IMG/VR virus record: IMGVR_UViG_3300042516_005475 | Location: 62,001 to 126,000 of that record | Length of the DNA: 64,000 nt | Strand: one strand, 5' to 3' | Part shown: piece by piece, positions 22,474-32,380 of the stretch | Layout of the letters: the number at the start of each line of letters is the position of its first letter | Numbering within the stretch: position 1 is the stretch's first letter | The notes under the pieces: model-generated | The model's input: only the letters and a program-made list of their open reading frames with translations | What the model was told of the DNA's origin: nothing | Database searches by the model: none | Program-made: the position numbers and the translations under genes

Positions 22474-24146
22474 ATAACGAAGTAACATTTGTAACAGGTC
22501 TTTGGGATTTAGGTAGAGATAAAATTGGAGGTGGTTTTAGGAGAGATTTTAACTCTCATTACCTGCCACAATTTCAAAACTTACTTGCTCAAAATATTAA
22601 TTTAATTATTTTTTGTGATAAAGATGTAGAAGAGTTTGTGTGGAGACATAGAGAACCTCGTAACACCCTTGTTATTAACAAACCTCTTGAATCCTTTAAA
22701 ACAAATTTTGATTTTTACAATCAAGTCCAGAATATTCGTAACAAACCTGAATGGAAAAATCAGGCTGGTTGGTTAGCTGACAGCCCGCAGAGCTCTCTTG
22801 AATATTATAACCCAGTTGTAATGAGTAAGTTCTTTATGTTGCATGATAGCTGCATAATGAACCCATTTAATACTGAGCATTTTTATTGGATTGATGCAGG
22901 TATTTCATCTACTGTTAACCTAAGTTATTTTTCAACATTTAATGTTCATAATAAACTTTCAAAATACATTTCCAGTTTATTGTTTGTTTGTTTCCCGTAT
23001 GATGGACAAGTAGAAATTCATGGGTTTACTAAGAGTAAATTTAATGAGTGCTGTAATGCTGACTCACAATATGTTGCAAGAGGTGGTTTTTTTGGTGGTA
23101 AGAGTGACTATATTAAGAAGTTTAACCCCAAATATTATGATACTCTTCGCTCTACTTTAAGTGAGGGTTATATGGGTACAGAGGAGAGTATTTTCACAAT
23201 TCTTTGCTATCTTTACCCAGAAGATATTTGCAGAGTAATGATTGAAGATAATGGTTTGCTTAATACTATATTTGAGGCTCTTAAAAACGACTCTATTGTA
23301 GTAGAAAGACCTATAAACTCTAAAAATTTTAAAATTCCAACATTAGAAGAGATTAAAATTTATGTATTAACATTCAATAGCTGCTCACAACTTGAATTGC
23401 TATTAAACAATTTTACTATTACGTATCCTGAATTGATATCAATTAAAGATAAAGTATTAATTAACAATAGTACAGAAAGAAGCTATGATGAGTGCTATAA
23501 AGAAATAGCTGATAAATATGGGTTCACTATTCAAAACTTCGACAACATTGGTATTTGTGGCGCGCGTCAATGGGTAGCTGAAGATTTTGAAAAATCTGAT
23601 AAGAGTTATTATATCTTCTTTGAAGATGATATGTTGTTTAATACTGATTTTACTTATTGTAAGAATGGTTTTAGCACCAAAGCTAATGATTTGTTTAACA
23701 AGAGCCTTAAAATTGTTGAAAAAGAAGCATTAGACTATCTTAAAATAAGCTTTTCAGAGTTTTTTGGTGGTAATAACCAACAGTGGGCTTATTGTAATGT
23801 GCCTCAGCAAGTAAGGCTAGATAATTTTGGTGATTTAAAGCTACAATTTCCAAGAGATTATGACAAGATTCCAGGGACTGTTACTTATTCTATAGGCTCT
23901 TTTGAAGGATTGCCATATGCTATTGGGGAGTTTTACTATTGTAACTGGCCATTACTGTTCACAAAACAAGGCAATCGCAAGGTTTTCCTTGATACTAAGT
24001 GGGGACACCCGTATGAACAAACATGGATGTCGTATGTATTTCAGGAGCAGCGTAAGAAAAACATAAAGGCTGGTTGTTTGTTACTCTCTCCAATAGCTCA
24101 TAACAGAGTTTATTTCTATAAAGCACAGGATAGAAGAGAGAGCTAA
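22470..24146 (+). CDS. Bifunctional glycosyltransferase: HtrL/YibB-like N-domain + GT-A (GT2-like) C-domain
   Basis: N-half TFVTGLWDLGR...YNPVVMSKF...NPFNTEHFYWIDAG...GGFFGG...GTEESIFT. C-half NIGICGARQW...YYIFFEDDM (DxD-like). Overlaps the GT60 stop (ATGA). Confidence 0.75.
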   Translation: MNNEVTFVTGLWDLGRDKIGGGFRRDFNSHYLPQFQNLLAQNINLIIFCDKDVEEFVWRHREPRNTLVINKPLESFKTNFDFYNQVQNIRNKPEWKNQAGWLADSPQSSLEYYNPVVMSKFFMLHDSCIMNPFNTEHFYWIDAGISSTVNLSYFSTFNVHNKLSKYISSLLFVCFPYDGQVEIHGFTKSKFNECCNADSQYVARGGFFGGKSDYIKKFNPKYYDTLRSTLSEGYMGTEESIFTILCYLYPEDICRVMIEDNGLLNTIFEALKNDSIVVERPINSKNFKIPTLEEIKIYVLTFNSCSQLELLLNNFTITYPELISIKDKVLINNSTERSYDECYKEIADKYGFTIQNFDNIGICGARQWVAEDFEKSDKSYYIFFEDDMLFNTDFTYCKNGFSTKANDLFNKSLKIVEKEALDYLKISFSEFFGGNNQQWAYCNVPQQVRLDNFGDLKLQFPRDYDKIPGTVTYSIGSFEGLPYAIGEFYYCNWPLLFTKQGNRKVFLDTKWGHPYEQTWMSYVFQEQRKKNIKAGCLLLSPIAHNRVYFYKAQDRRES

Positions 24147-24158
24147 ATAAATATTAAT

Positions 24159-25061
24159 ATGGCTGATGATACAGAATATATTTCAGATCTAGAACCGATA
24201 CTAGAACTAGCCCCAACTGATAGTTTTCCAGTAGAAACTCTAGAGGGTACTAAGAGAATAGAGTTTAAAGATGTTATTCTCGGTCCAGACAACATTAGCT
24301 TTTACGAAGAGGTAGCAACAAATACACTGGCAATTGTTGTACTATCGTCTGAAGTTTTAGATCTTGATGCGAGTGTCACCAACATTAACTCCGGTTTAAC
24401 TGGCTTATCTGCAGCATATGATGAAGCAATTAAGAGCGGTTTTTGCTATGTTAGCTTCAATGATGCAGGTACTTTATCAGTATTAGCTAGCTCTTCTAAC
24501 GTAGCGGGTATTATATCAACTGATGGTGGTTCTAGAATTCAAATTACAGGTAATAATGTTTCTAATTTAATTTTTGCTTCAATAAATGTTACATTAAACA
24601 ACAATATTTCAGCCTCTACTTCTACAGATGACTTCTTAACATATACACCAGTAATTGACAGTAGAACTTCTAATACATTTAAAGTTGGTATAAATTCAGT
24701 ATTGAATCATTTTACAACAGTTTCTTTACCAACAGCTATTAACGTTACCTCTGAAGCCTTTAGTCCAATTACAAGCTTAAATGTTACCCCAGCTTCTATT
24801 ACACCTGTAACACAGGTTGTACCTACATCTGTCTCAGTATTATTAAACCCTACTGGTAACGGTAACGTAGTTGAATCTATTGCAGTAACTAACTTACCTT
24901 CCGCAATAGTTGAAACAGTTACTGGTAATACAACAACTAAAAACATTGTAAGTAATGTAGCTGTAACTGATACCTCGTTTAATTTATCTTTAATTACAGA
25001 TCAAGGCAGTGGTTTACCTTTAAGAAATACAGAAATTAATATCTCTTTTAGATACAGATAA
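24159..25061 (+). CDS. Putative fibre/virion structural protein
   Basis: N-terminal ISDLEP.....TDSFPVET..GTKRI resembles common phage fibre N-termini; T/S/V-rich; TAAATA-N5-ATG upstream. Confidence 0.55.
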   Translation: MADDTEYISDLEPILELAPTDSFPVETLEGTKRIEFKDVILGPDNISFYEEVATNTLAIVVLSSEVLDLDASVTNINSGLTGLSAAYDEAIKSGFCYVSFNDAGTLSVLASSSNVAGIISTDGGSRIQITGNNVSNLIFASINVTLNNNISASTSTDDFLTYTPVIDSRTSNTFKVGINSVLNHFTTVSLPTAINVTSEAFSPITSLNVTPASITPVTQVVPTSVSVLLNPTGNGNVVESIAVTNLPSAIVETVTGNTTTKNIVSNVAVTDTSFNLSLITDQGSGLPLRNTEINISFRYR

Positions 25062-28000
25062 TGAATGTTCTAAATTTATCAGCTCTAATACCAATGGAGG
25101 TAGAATACTCCTTGGATGGTAATGTTAATTTAACAAATAACATTACAAACTATTTCTATGGTTTAAATCTTTACAGTACAGAGCTGTTTAATTTTGCTAG
25201 AGATCTTTCAATCAACTACTATAACACCTTTATCTTAACAGATAAACTGGATAAACCCGACTTTCTCACCTTAAGCGAACCAATTACAGCTTCTTATCCT
25301 AAGACAATTAGTACAACTGTTCAATGTGTTGGTCTTTCTTCTACTGGTCTAGGTTTTTGGGAAGATTATGCTGCTAATTACTCTTCTACAAGCCCGTACT
25401 TATCTTGCGGAGAGGGAATATTTTCAACAGGTAGCATTTGGAATTTAGGTTCTTGGAATATGTATGATATTGAGTTTTTGAATGCAAATCAATGTTACAT
25501 TTCCAAGCTAAGAAACAATAATTCAGTATTAACTCAGCTACAAACAAAAGAATATCTTGGACCTGCATTTACAGAGGATGTAAACTACCTTACATTTTCA
25601 TCAACTCCTTACACTTTTAACTACATCTATAATGAGCAAAACAATACTATTGTATTTTATTTTAATTATGCTCCTAATGGTAGTAGCTCTAACAGCTTAT
25701 TTTTAATTACACAAGAAGAAAATAGAGTAGTTTTAAAGTCTGTAGATGAATATGTGATTTCTGATCTTGGTCTTTATAATTTAAGCGCAGTTTTCTGTTT
25801 ATCTTACAGAGATGCTAATACAAGATTGGCAGAATTTACTACTAACTATAATGCATATAAAAGAACATATTTTCCAACAGCTGAAACTTCTTTATGTGAT
25901 AGCTATGATGGGTTGAAGAACAACTATTTAGTATCAAGCAACGTTGTATTTACGGATAATAAGTTCCTTGTTAACTTTCAACCACTTAAAAATCAGCTAG
26001 ATTTAAATTATAACTTTACTGCAACCAATAGCTTCATTGGCCAACCGTTTGATAATAGAGATTATCAATCTATTGTATCTGGAACTGACCAAGAATTAGG
26101 CTTTCCAAACCTAACATTAACATTTTATACATATAACGCTCCTATTACGTTCAAGAAAGGAGCCTTAACCTATTTTCACTTCCCAGTTAGTGCTACTCCG
26201 TTTGATAAACTCAATGTAAACGATTCAACTTTGGTTGATTGTGGCTCTTTTGCAGGGCAAAACCCATTAGATGCTGATAAGGTCTTTAAAAAGCTATTAC
26301 CAACTGTAGCTGGCAACAATATAGATAAGAATCAAACAGGTACTTACTTGTGTACTTGGTTGTATATATCAGCTTTTGACAGTAGACCTATTTGGATGGA
26401 TCGTTATTACAATCCAAACTTTACTTCTCTACAAACAGCCTATACCCAAAACTTTAATTCAGACTTTGTAAACACTGTTACTACTCTTAGTGCCAAGAAT
26501 TTTACATATTTTGATAAAGTTAGTGATTTAACCTTTGAGCCTAATAGTACATATAGCTATTATAGACTATCTGAGGCAGATATTGCTCGTATTAATAACA
26601 ATCTTTATGAGAATCAGATTAATTCTGATGTTATTAATGTTTATGATGCTAATTTAAACCTCCAACAGGCTGGAGCCGCTTCTTTTGAATATGGTTTCAA
26701 TACTGGTTCACTTGTTCAAAAGACTTCTGCCTCAGGAGATTATAGTATTTGCTTCAATATAAAGAGCAAAGACTTTAAAAAGAAGTTTGGTAATACCTTA
26801 TTAAACAATTTTTATAATTTAAACGGGTTGAATATTACAAATTATGACAATTTAAACAACTTAATACTGTTTACCTCTGGTTCAGAGATTGTTGTAAGTA
26901 ATACTAATTTTGATTCATTAAGAAATGTAAAGGTGCTTTTAGAGAAATCTATTTTTAAGACACCAGATGCCTTATTAAGCATTGATTTTAACAATAACGT
27001 TGAGGGGTTTTATGTTACCAGTATTAGTACCCTTTCAAGCAACGTCGGTATTAATTTAAATGTAGGTCCAAACACTTCAGACTTCTATCTTTCTAAGTTA
27101 GATAAGAACTTCACTACATTAAATACAATACTTTTAACTTCCTTCTCTGGTGGAACCTATAATTTTGTTAGTTCTAACATAGATGATACTTACTACTACG
27201 CGCTTTTCAATACATTTAATACTCAAGTAGCTGCAACTAATCAAAATTACTTTTTAATTAAGTATCCTTTGTCTGGAATGTTATTAAGTCAGCCTATTAA
27301 TACTCCAGTTAACTTGCAGCTCCCTAGATATGGTTCAGTTAATGGTAATAGCATTACAATTTCTGACTTTACTTTGTGTAGAAGTACCTATAACTTTATT
27401 CTTTCTGCTGGTTTACCTGTTTATTATTTGACTGATTATGCAAATAACAGCATTTGTTCTGATGTAAACAACAGAGCCTGGTATATTTATAATAATATTT
27501 TATATCATTCTGTTACTGATTTAGGTAATTTAGATGGTTTTAATCTATCATATCTTAAAGATTCAAATAACAATCAAACTATTACTAATGTAACAACTGA
27601 TAACAGTGGTAACATTTACTTAATTTCTGATAACGGTACAGATAGTTACTTGTATAAGCTTGATAATAATAGAAAACCTATTTACTTTCAGTCTCTTTCT
27701 TCAAGCTTTGGTGCACCTACAACGAAATATTTGGATATTTTGTATGTAAACAACAATGGAGTTATAGAACCAAGACCTTATGTTATATATGACCCGTACC
27801 AACCAAGTAGTTTATCAGCCAGAAGCTTTAAAGAGGTTAATGTTTTTGATGCTAGTGGCAATTTAATTTATATTAAGCCACTAGAATATGAAACTGATAC
27901 GTTTAACATAAGCAATCAGAACAGAAAAGGGTTTAGAAGAACGCTTTCTAATGTTGAGCAGGTTAATAATCTGTTTGAAGTAGATGGTAACCCAATTAAA

Positions 28001-28597
28001 TTTAACTATTATGTGTCAGATGTAGCAGGGGATGTAGAAAAGATTACTTTACAGGCTAATTTAGAAACATTAGCTAACCAAGATTTATTCTTTACATTTA
28101 CTTTTAATTCTCTTACTGGTGGTTCTAAGCTCTATATTAATAGTATCTTGGTTGAAGAATCTGATACTACTAATATTAAGTATTCCAAGACCCCTATCTC
28201 TGGTTCTATAGCCTTAAATTCTATTTCATTGACTGACCCAGCCTTTGAGTCTACTCAATTCAAGTGTCAAAACCTTGAGATGTACGGTATAAAGGCCTTC
28301 AACACAGTGTTATCAAAATATGATATTAGAAATCTGTTTATTAGATCAGCTAGAATTACAGATATAAACTGGAACGTTCCAGCAGGCAAGAGAAACATAA
28401 CTGAAACCATTCAGCAGAACTTTAAGTTTAGTTTACCAGGTTATAAGACCAACTTGTTTGATATTATTGTTTCAGGAGCTCAAGGATTAAACGATGTACA
28501 AAGAGAAGCAATTGCTGAAAAAATAAGAGAGTACATAAAGGGTAACATTCCGATAAATACTATTATTAACGAGGTTAACATCAGAAGTAATGAATAA
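25061..28597 (+). CDS. Large virion structural protein (beta-rich; LamG-like segment near C-terminus)
   Basis: 1178 aa, TAATG-coupled; FFTFTFNSLTGGSKLYINSILV resembles LamG/ConA strands. Confidence 0.55.
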   Translation: MNVLNLSALIPMEVEYSLDGNVNLTNNITNYFYGLNLYSTELFNFARDLSINYYNTFILTDKLDKPDFLTLSEPITASYPKTISTTVQCVGLSSTGLGFWEDYAANYSSTSPYLSCGEGIFSTGSIWNLGSWNMYDIEFLNANQCYISKLRNNNSVLTQLQTKEYLGPAFTEDVNYLTFSSTPYTFNYIYNEQNNTIVFYFNYAPNGSSSNSLFLITQEENRVVLKSVDEYVISDLGLYNLSAVFCLSYRDANTRLAEFTTNYNAYKRTYFPTAETSLCDSYDGLKNNYLVSSNVVFTDNKFLVNFQPLKNQLDLNYNFTATNSFIGQPFDNRDYQSIVSGTDQELGFPNLTLTFYTYNAPITFKKGALTYFHFPVSATPFDKLNVNDSTLVDCGSFAGQNPLDADKVFKKLLPTVAGNNIDKNQTGTYLCTWLYISAFDSRPIWMDRYYNPNFTSLQTAYTQNFNSDFVNTVTTLSAKNFTYFDKVSDLTFEPNSTYSYYRLSEADIARINNNLYENQINSDVINVYDANLNLQQAGAASFEYGFNTGSLVQKTSASGDYSICFNIKSKDFKKKFGNTLLNNFYNLNGLNITNYDNLNNLILFTSGSEIVVSNTNFDSLRNVKVLLEKSIFKTPDALLSIDFNNNVEGFYVTSISTLSSNVGINLNVGPNTSDFYLSKLDKNFTTLNTILLTSFSGGTYNFVSSNIDDTYYYALFNTFNTQVAATNQNYFLIKYPLSGMLLSQPINTPVNLQLPRYGSVNGNSITISDFTLCRSTYNFILSAGLPVYYLTDYANNSICSDVNNRAWYIYNNILYHSVTDLGNLDGFNLSYLKDSNNNQTITNVTTDNSGNIYLISDNGTDSYLYKLDNNRKPIYFQSLSSSFGAPTTKYLDILYVNNNGVIEPRPYVIYDPYQPSSLSARSFKEVNVFDASGNLIYIKPLEYETDTFNISNQNRKGFRRTLSNVEQVNNLFEVDGNPIKFNYYVSDVAGDVEKITLQANLETLANQDLFFTFTFNSLTGGSKLYINSILVEESDTTNIKYSKTPISGSIALNSISLTDPAFESTQFKCQNLEMYGIKAFNTVLSKYDIRNLFIRSARITDINWNVPAGKRNITETIQQNFKFSLPGYKTNLFDIIVSGAQGLNDVQREAIAEKIREYIKGNIPINTIINEVNIRSNE

Positions 28598-31500
28598 TCT
28601 ATATTCAGTTGTATCAAATTCATTAGGGTTCAACAGAGCAATTTCTATTGAACCAGAAAAATTCCCTGTATTGCTAGAGGATATTTTAATCAAACCTAAT
28701 GATTTTCTAACAGAGAATAATTTTAACTTTTCTCTATCCTGCTTATATCAAGACTTTTTGTCTATTGTAAGTGATAGCTATGTTTATAGTCCCAATTTTC
28801 CAGTAACAAACCCGTTTTTTGATAATATTAATAACATTGTAGGTACTCTTTGTGGTACATTAGTTCCTTCTAACTATTCAACTGAAGGAACAGCTTCTAT
28901 TAGATATTTTGTAAATGGTATTCCGCACAGTAATGCAGCTTTTAACATAATTTACAACACTCATGATTTCGTTATCAGTGGTAATTATTTGACTTTAGCA
29001 GTAGGTATTTTAAGCACTACAACTTTATCTCCTATTCTTTCTTCTAATGTTTATTATCCTGCTTTAGGAGTTTATAACTACCCTCTTTCAGCTATTTTTA
29101 ATAATGGAGAGGTAACAAATAGTAGTGAATTTCCTAATCAAGGTTTCCAAGAAAGCGCTGTTGTACCTAATTTTGGTGTTGTAACAAAGTTCTTAAATAA
29201 GAACTTGAATTTAAAGTATAACTCAATTTCAAAACTTAAGATAGCCAATGAAAGGTTGTATGTTTTAGATAATATTAGTAACAAGTTTTTAATTTACGAC
29301 ATTAGTGATGTTATAGTTAATAGAACAAATAAAACAACTTTTGAGGTACCGCTTGAAACATTAGGTTTCGCAACATCTTCAAGAACAAATATAAGAAAGA
29401 TTAGCTCTTTTTGTGTTAATGAGAACTATGTTGTATTCTTTAACTATGTTAACAACGCTCTTTCTATTTTCTCAACTAATTTAAACCAGTTATATGATTA
29501 TTCTCAAGACAAAGTATCTGTTTCTGGGTTTAGAAATACAGAAGTATTTGCAGATATAGAGTTTGATCCGTTCGGTAATTTGTATTTGTTAACGCAAAGT
29601 GGCACTGTTTATGTTTATACAGTTTCAAATACCGCTTTAACAAGAGTAAAAACATATAATATCCAACCACAAAACACAAACGTATTTTCTTCTTTATCTG
29701 CAATTCAAGTTACCTATCAGAAAGAGATATTTAAAAAGATATCATTCTCAAAATCTGATACAAATGTATTTTATGTATCTACAGATACTAACATCTACAA
29801 GAGATTTGTAGATAGAAATGTAAACATTGGTCAGTTTAATAACTTTGTTAATAACACAACATATTATTCTACTCTAAGTAATATTGCTGACCCATTTAAT
29901 ACGTTAATGGGTTGCTGTTTTGCTGAATATCCTGCTGAAAAGACCTCTCTAGACTTTTTAAAGTATCAAATTAATAGCACTAACAGTATTAGTTATAACG
30001 GTTATGAGATTTTTTCTGTATGCTTTACAGATAACTGTACGTACGCCTCTCAAAACGCTGGCCCTGGCTTTGTTTTAAATGTTGGTTCATATGGTTCAAT
30101 TGATTTTTTAACAGCTAATCTAACATATGGATTAAACCCGGTTTCTGCCTCTGGTATTACATTTGTTGTAGATAGGCCTAACTATATAAATTTAAATAAT
30201 GACGATTTATCAGCTGTTCTGGTTTATTCCTTTGATGACATCAAGGTAAAGGCAGATGAATTCATTACAGACTTTACAATAAACAAGTCTTTGCGCAAGC
30301 TGTTATATAATATTTTTAATTATCAGACTTATCAAGCCTTTAAACCTGTTGTAGATATTGATATTAACAATAATGCAATTTATAAAAAGCTTGATTACAT
30401 TGTTTCTTACAATAAAAATCAAAATATTACTAATTTTGATAATTTTATAGGTATAAATGAAATTACAAGCACAGTATTTTTAAATAGATGTTTTACTAAA
30501 GTTTACGAATTGCTTGCAACAATGCAAGCCAATTTTAACTCTAGAGTAATTAATATCTACCCTAGATATGCAGATTCAGTTTTGTTAAACCAAACAACAC
30601 AAAAATATGCATCGTTTTATAATGATAGTGAGACGTTTATTACTGGTGAGTTTGACACTGAAATTGAACCTTTAAATCCTAATCTCTGTGTTGTTGAGAA
30701 TGCTAGTACAATTGTAGTGTCTCCAACACCATCCCAGACCCCTTTAGTTTCTCCAATAGTCTTTGTTACACCTACACCTACACCAGCCCCTTCTCCTACA
30801 ATGCCGCCAACACCTACATCTTCCGGGTATGTGTTGGTGAATAAATCTATTCAACATGTCGCTACAGTTTATCTAAACAACGAGTACGAAATTCCAGTAC
30901 CAATAGCACCTTTCCCAAACTACGACATTAAGCCTCTTTCAGCTATTTATGATGGGACAGGAATTGATACTATTGTTTCAGAGTTTAGTGCATATTTTGA
31001 CCAGGGAGAGTTTTATATTGAGCTAGCTAAAGTTAACGGTGATTATGAAAAATTAGTAGGTAAGCAATTTGGTGATTACATACTTCAGAGTTATACACCA
31101 TCGAATAATAGTGAGTTTATTTTAGGGGCAAGAACGTGTTTACAAGAAACACACACCATAGAAAGTTTATCTCCTACACCAACACCATCTATAACCCCAA
31201 CCAATACAGTTACACCTACAGTAACACCGACTATTACCCCAACTAGTACAGTTACCCCTACAGTAACACCGACTATAACTACAACACCCGCTAATACAGT
31301 TACTCCAACCAACACTGTTACCCCTACAGTAACACCAACTAACACTGTTACTCCAACCAATACGGTTACACCTACAGTAACTCCTTCTGTAACCCCAACA
31401 ACAGGTCTTTCTCCAACACCAACTCAAACAATAACCCCTACAAATACAGTTACTCCTACAGTAACACCAACTAACTCTGTAACCCCTACAGTAACACCAA

Positions 31501-32318
31501 CCAATACAGTTACACCAACCAATACAGTTACACCAACAAACACAGTAACCCCAACAGTAACACCACCAGTTACAGTAACACCAACTAACTCTGTAACCCC
31601 TACAGTAACACCAACCAATACAGTTACACCAACCAATACAGTTACACCAACAAACACAGTAACCCCAACAGTAACCCCAACAGTTACAGTAACACCAACT
31701 AACTCTGTTACTCCAACAGTTACAGTAACACCAACAGTAACACCACCAGTTACAGTAACACCAACTAACTCTGTTACTCCAACAGTTACAGTAACCCCAA
31801 CAGTAACACCACCAGTTACAGTAACACCTACAGTTACAGTAACACCACCAGCTACAGTAACACCTACAGTTACAGTAACCCCAGCAGCTACAGTTACTCC
31901 AACACCAACCCCCTCATCCCCACAATCTTGCCTTGAGCCCCTAACAACAGTTAGATGGGTATTGTGGAACCCTTACAATGATACAGACCCTTCGACTTTA
32001 GTTAATGCTGTAGTTAATTATACTCTCTCTAATAATTCAGGTAGCTCAACTTTCGGTTCCGGTACTCAATCCGTTCCAGTTGGAGCTTTTGGACAATCAC
32101 CAGCTGGTACATATTATACTTTAGGTACAACAAGTGATTGTTGTTCAGCGCCTTATACAGGTACTTTATTTTACACCTTATCTTGGGTAAATAGTTATGG
32201 GGTTTCTCGAGCAAATCGAGATATACCAGATTATTCAAACTCAGAAAACTACTGTAGTTGGGCAGCATCGTTACCTGTAGAGAGTGGTTTACCGACGTTT
32301 ACTTTAACTCTTAGTTAA
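28590..32318 (+). CDS. Large virion protein with propeller-like region, long Thr/Pro linker and Cys-containing C-terminal domain
   Basis: 1242 aa. NHL-like DIEFDPFGNLYLL and [15 protein letters not shown] repeats at about 31170-31920. Confidence 0.65.
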   Translation: MNNLYSVVSNSLGFNRAISIEPEKFPVLLEDILIKPNDFLTENNFNFSLSCLYQDFLSIVSDSYVYSPNFPVTNPFFDNINNIVGTLCGTLVPSNYSTEGTASIRYFVNGIPHSNAAFNIIYNTHDFVISGNYLTLAVGILSTTTLSPILSSNVYYPALGVYNYPLSAIFNNGEVTNSSEFPNQGFQESAVVPNFGVVTKFLNKNLNLKYNSISKLKIANERLYVLDNISNKFLIYDISDVIVNRTNKTTFEVPLETLGFATSSRTNIRKISSFCVNENYVVFFNYVNNALSIFSTNLNQLYDYSQDKVSVSGFRNTEVFADIEFDPFGNLYLLTQSGTVYVYTVSNTALTRVKTYNIQPQNTNVFSSLSAIQVTYQKEIFKKISFSKSDTNVFYVSTDTNIYKRFVDRNVNIGQFNNFVNNTTYYSTLSNIADPFNTLMGCCFAEYPAEKTSLDFLKYQINSTNSISYNGYEIFSVCFTDNCTYASQNAGPGFVLNVGSYGSIDFLTANLTYGLNPVSASGITFVVDRPNYINLNNDDLSAVLVYSFDDIKVKADEFITDFTINKSLRKLLYNIFNYQTYQAFKPVVDIDINNNAIYKKLDYIVSYNKNQNITNFDNFIGINEITSTVFLNRCFTKVYELLATMQANFNSRVINIYPRYADSVLLNQTTQKYASFYNDSETFITGEFDTEIEPLNPNLCVVENASTIVVSPTPSQTPLVSPIVFVTPTPTPAPSPTMPPTPTSSGYVLVNKSIQHVATVYLNNEYEIPVPIAPFPNYDIKPLSAIYDGTGIDTIVSEFSAYFDQGEFYIELAKVNGDYEKLVGKQFGDYILQSYTPSNNSEFILGARTCLQETHTIESLSPTPTPSITPTNTVTPTVTPTITPTSTVTPTVTPTITTTPANTVTPTNTVTPTVTPTNTVTPTNTVTPTVTPSVTPTTGLSPTPTQTITPTNTVTPTVTPTNSVTPTVTPTNTVTPTNTVTPTNTVTPTVTPPVTVTPTNSVTPTVTPTNTVTPTNTVTPTNTVTPTVTPTVTVTPTNSVTPTVTVTPTVTPPVTVTPTNSVTPTVTVTPTVTPPVTVTPTVTVTPPATVTPTVTVTPAATVTPTPTPSSPQSCLEPLTTVRWVLWNPYNDTDPSTLVNAVVNYTLSNNSGSSTFGSGTQSVPVGAFGQSPAGTYYTLGTTSDCCSAPYTGTLFYTLSWVNSYGVSRANRDIPDYSNSENYCSWAASLPVESGLPTFTLTLS

Positions 32319-32380
32319 TGAAAAAAATTGTTTGTAAATAGTTCAGCTATATTTTTAGCCCACTTTAATAAATAATAATA

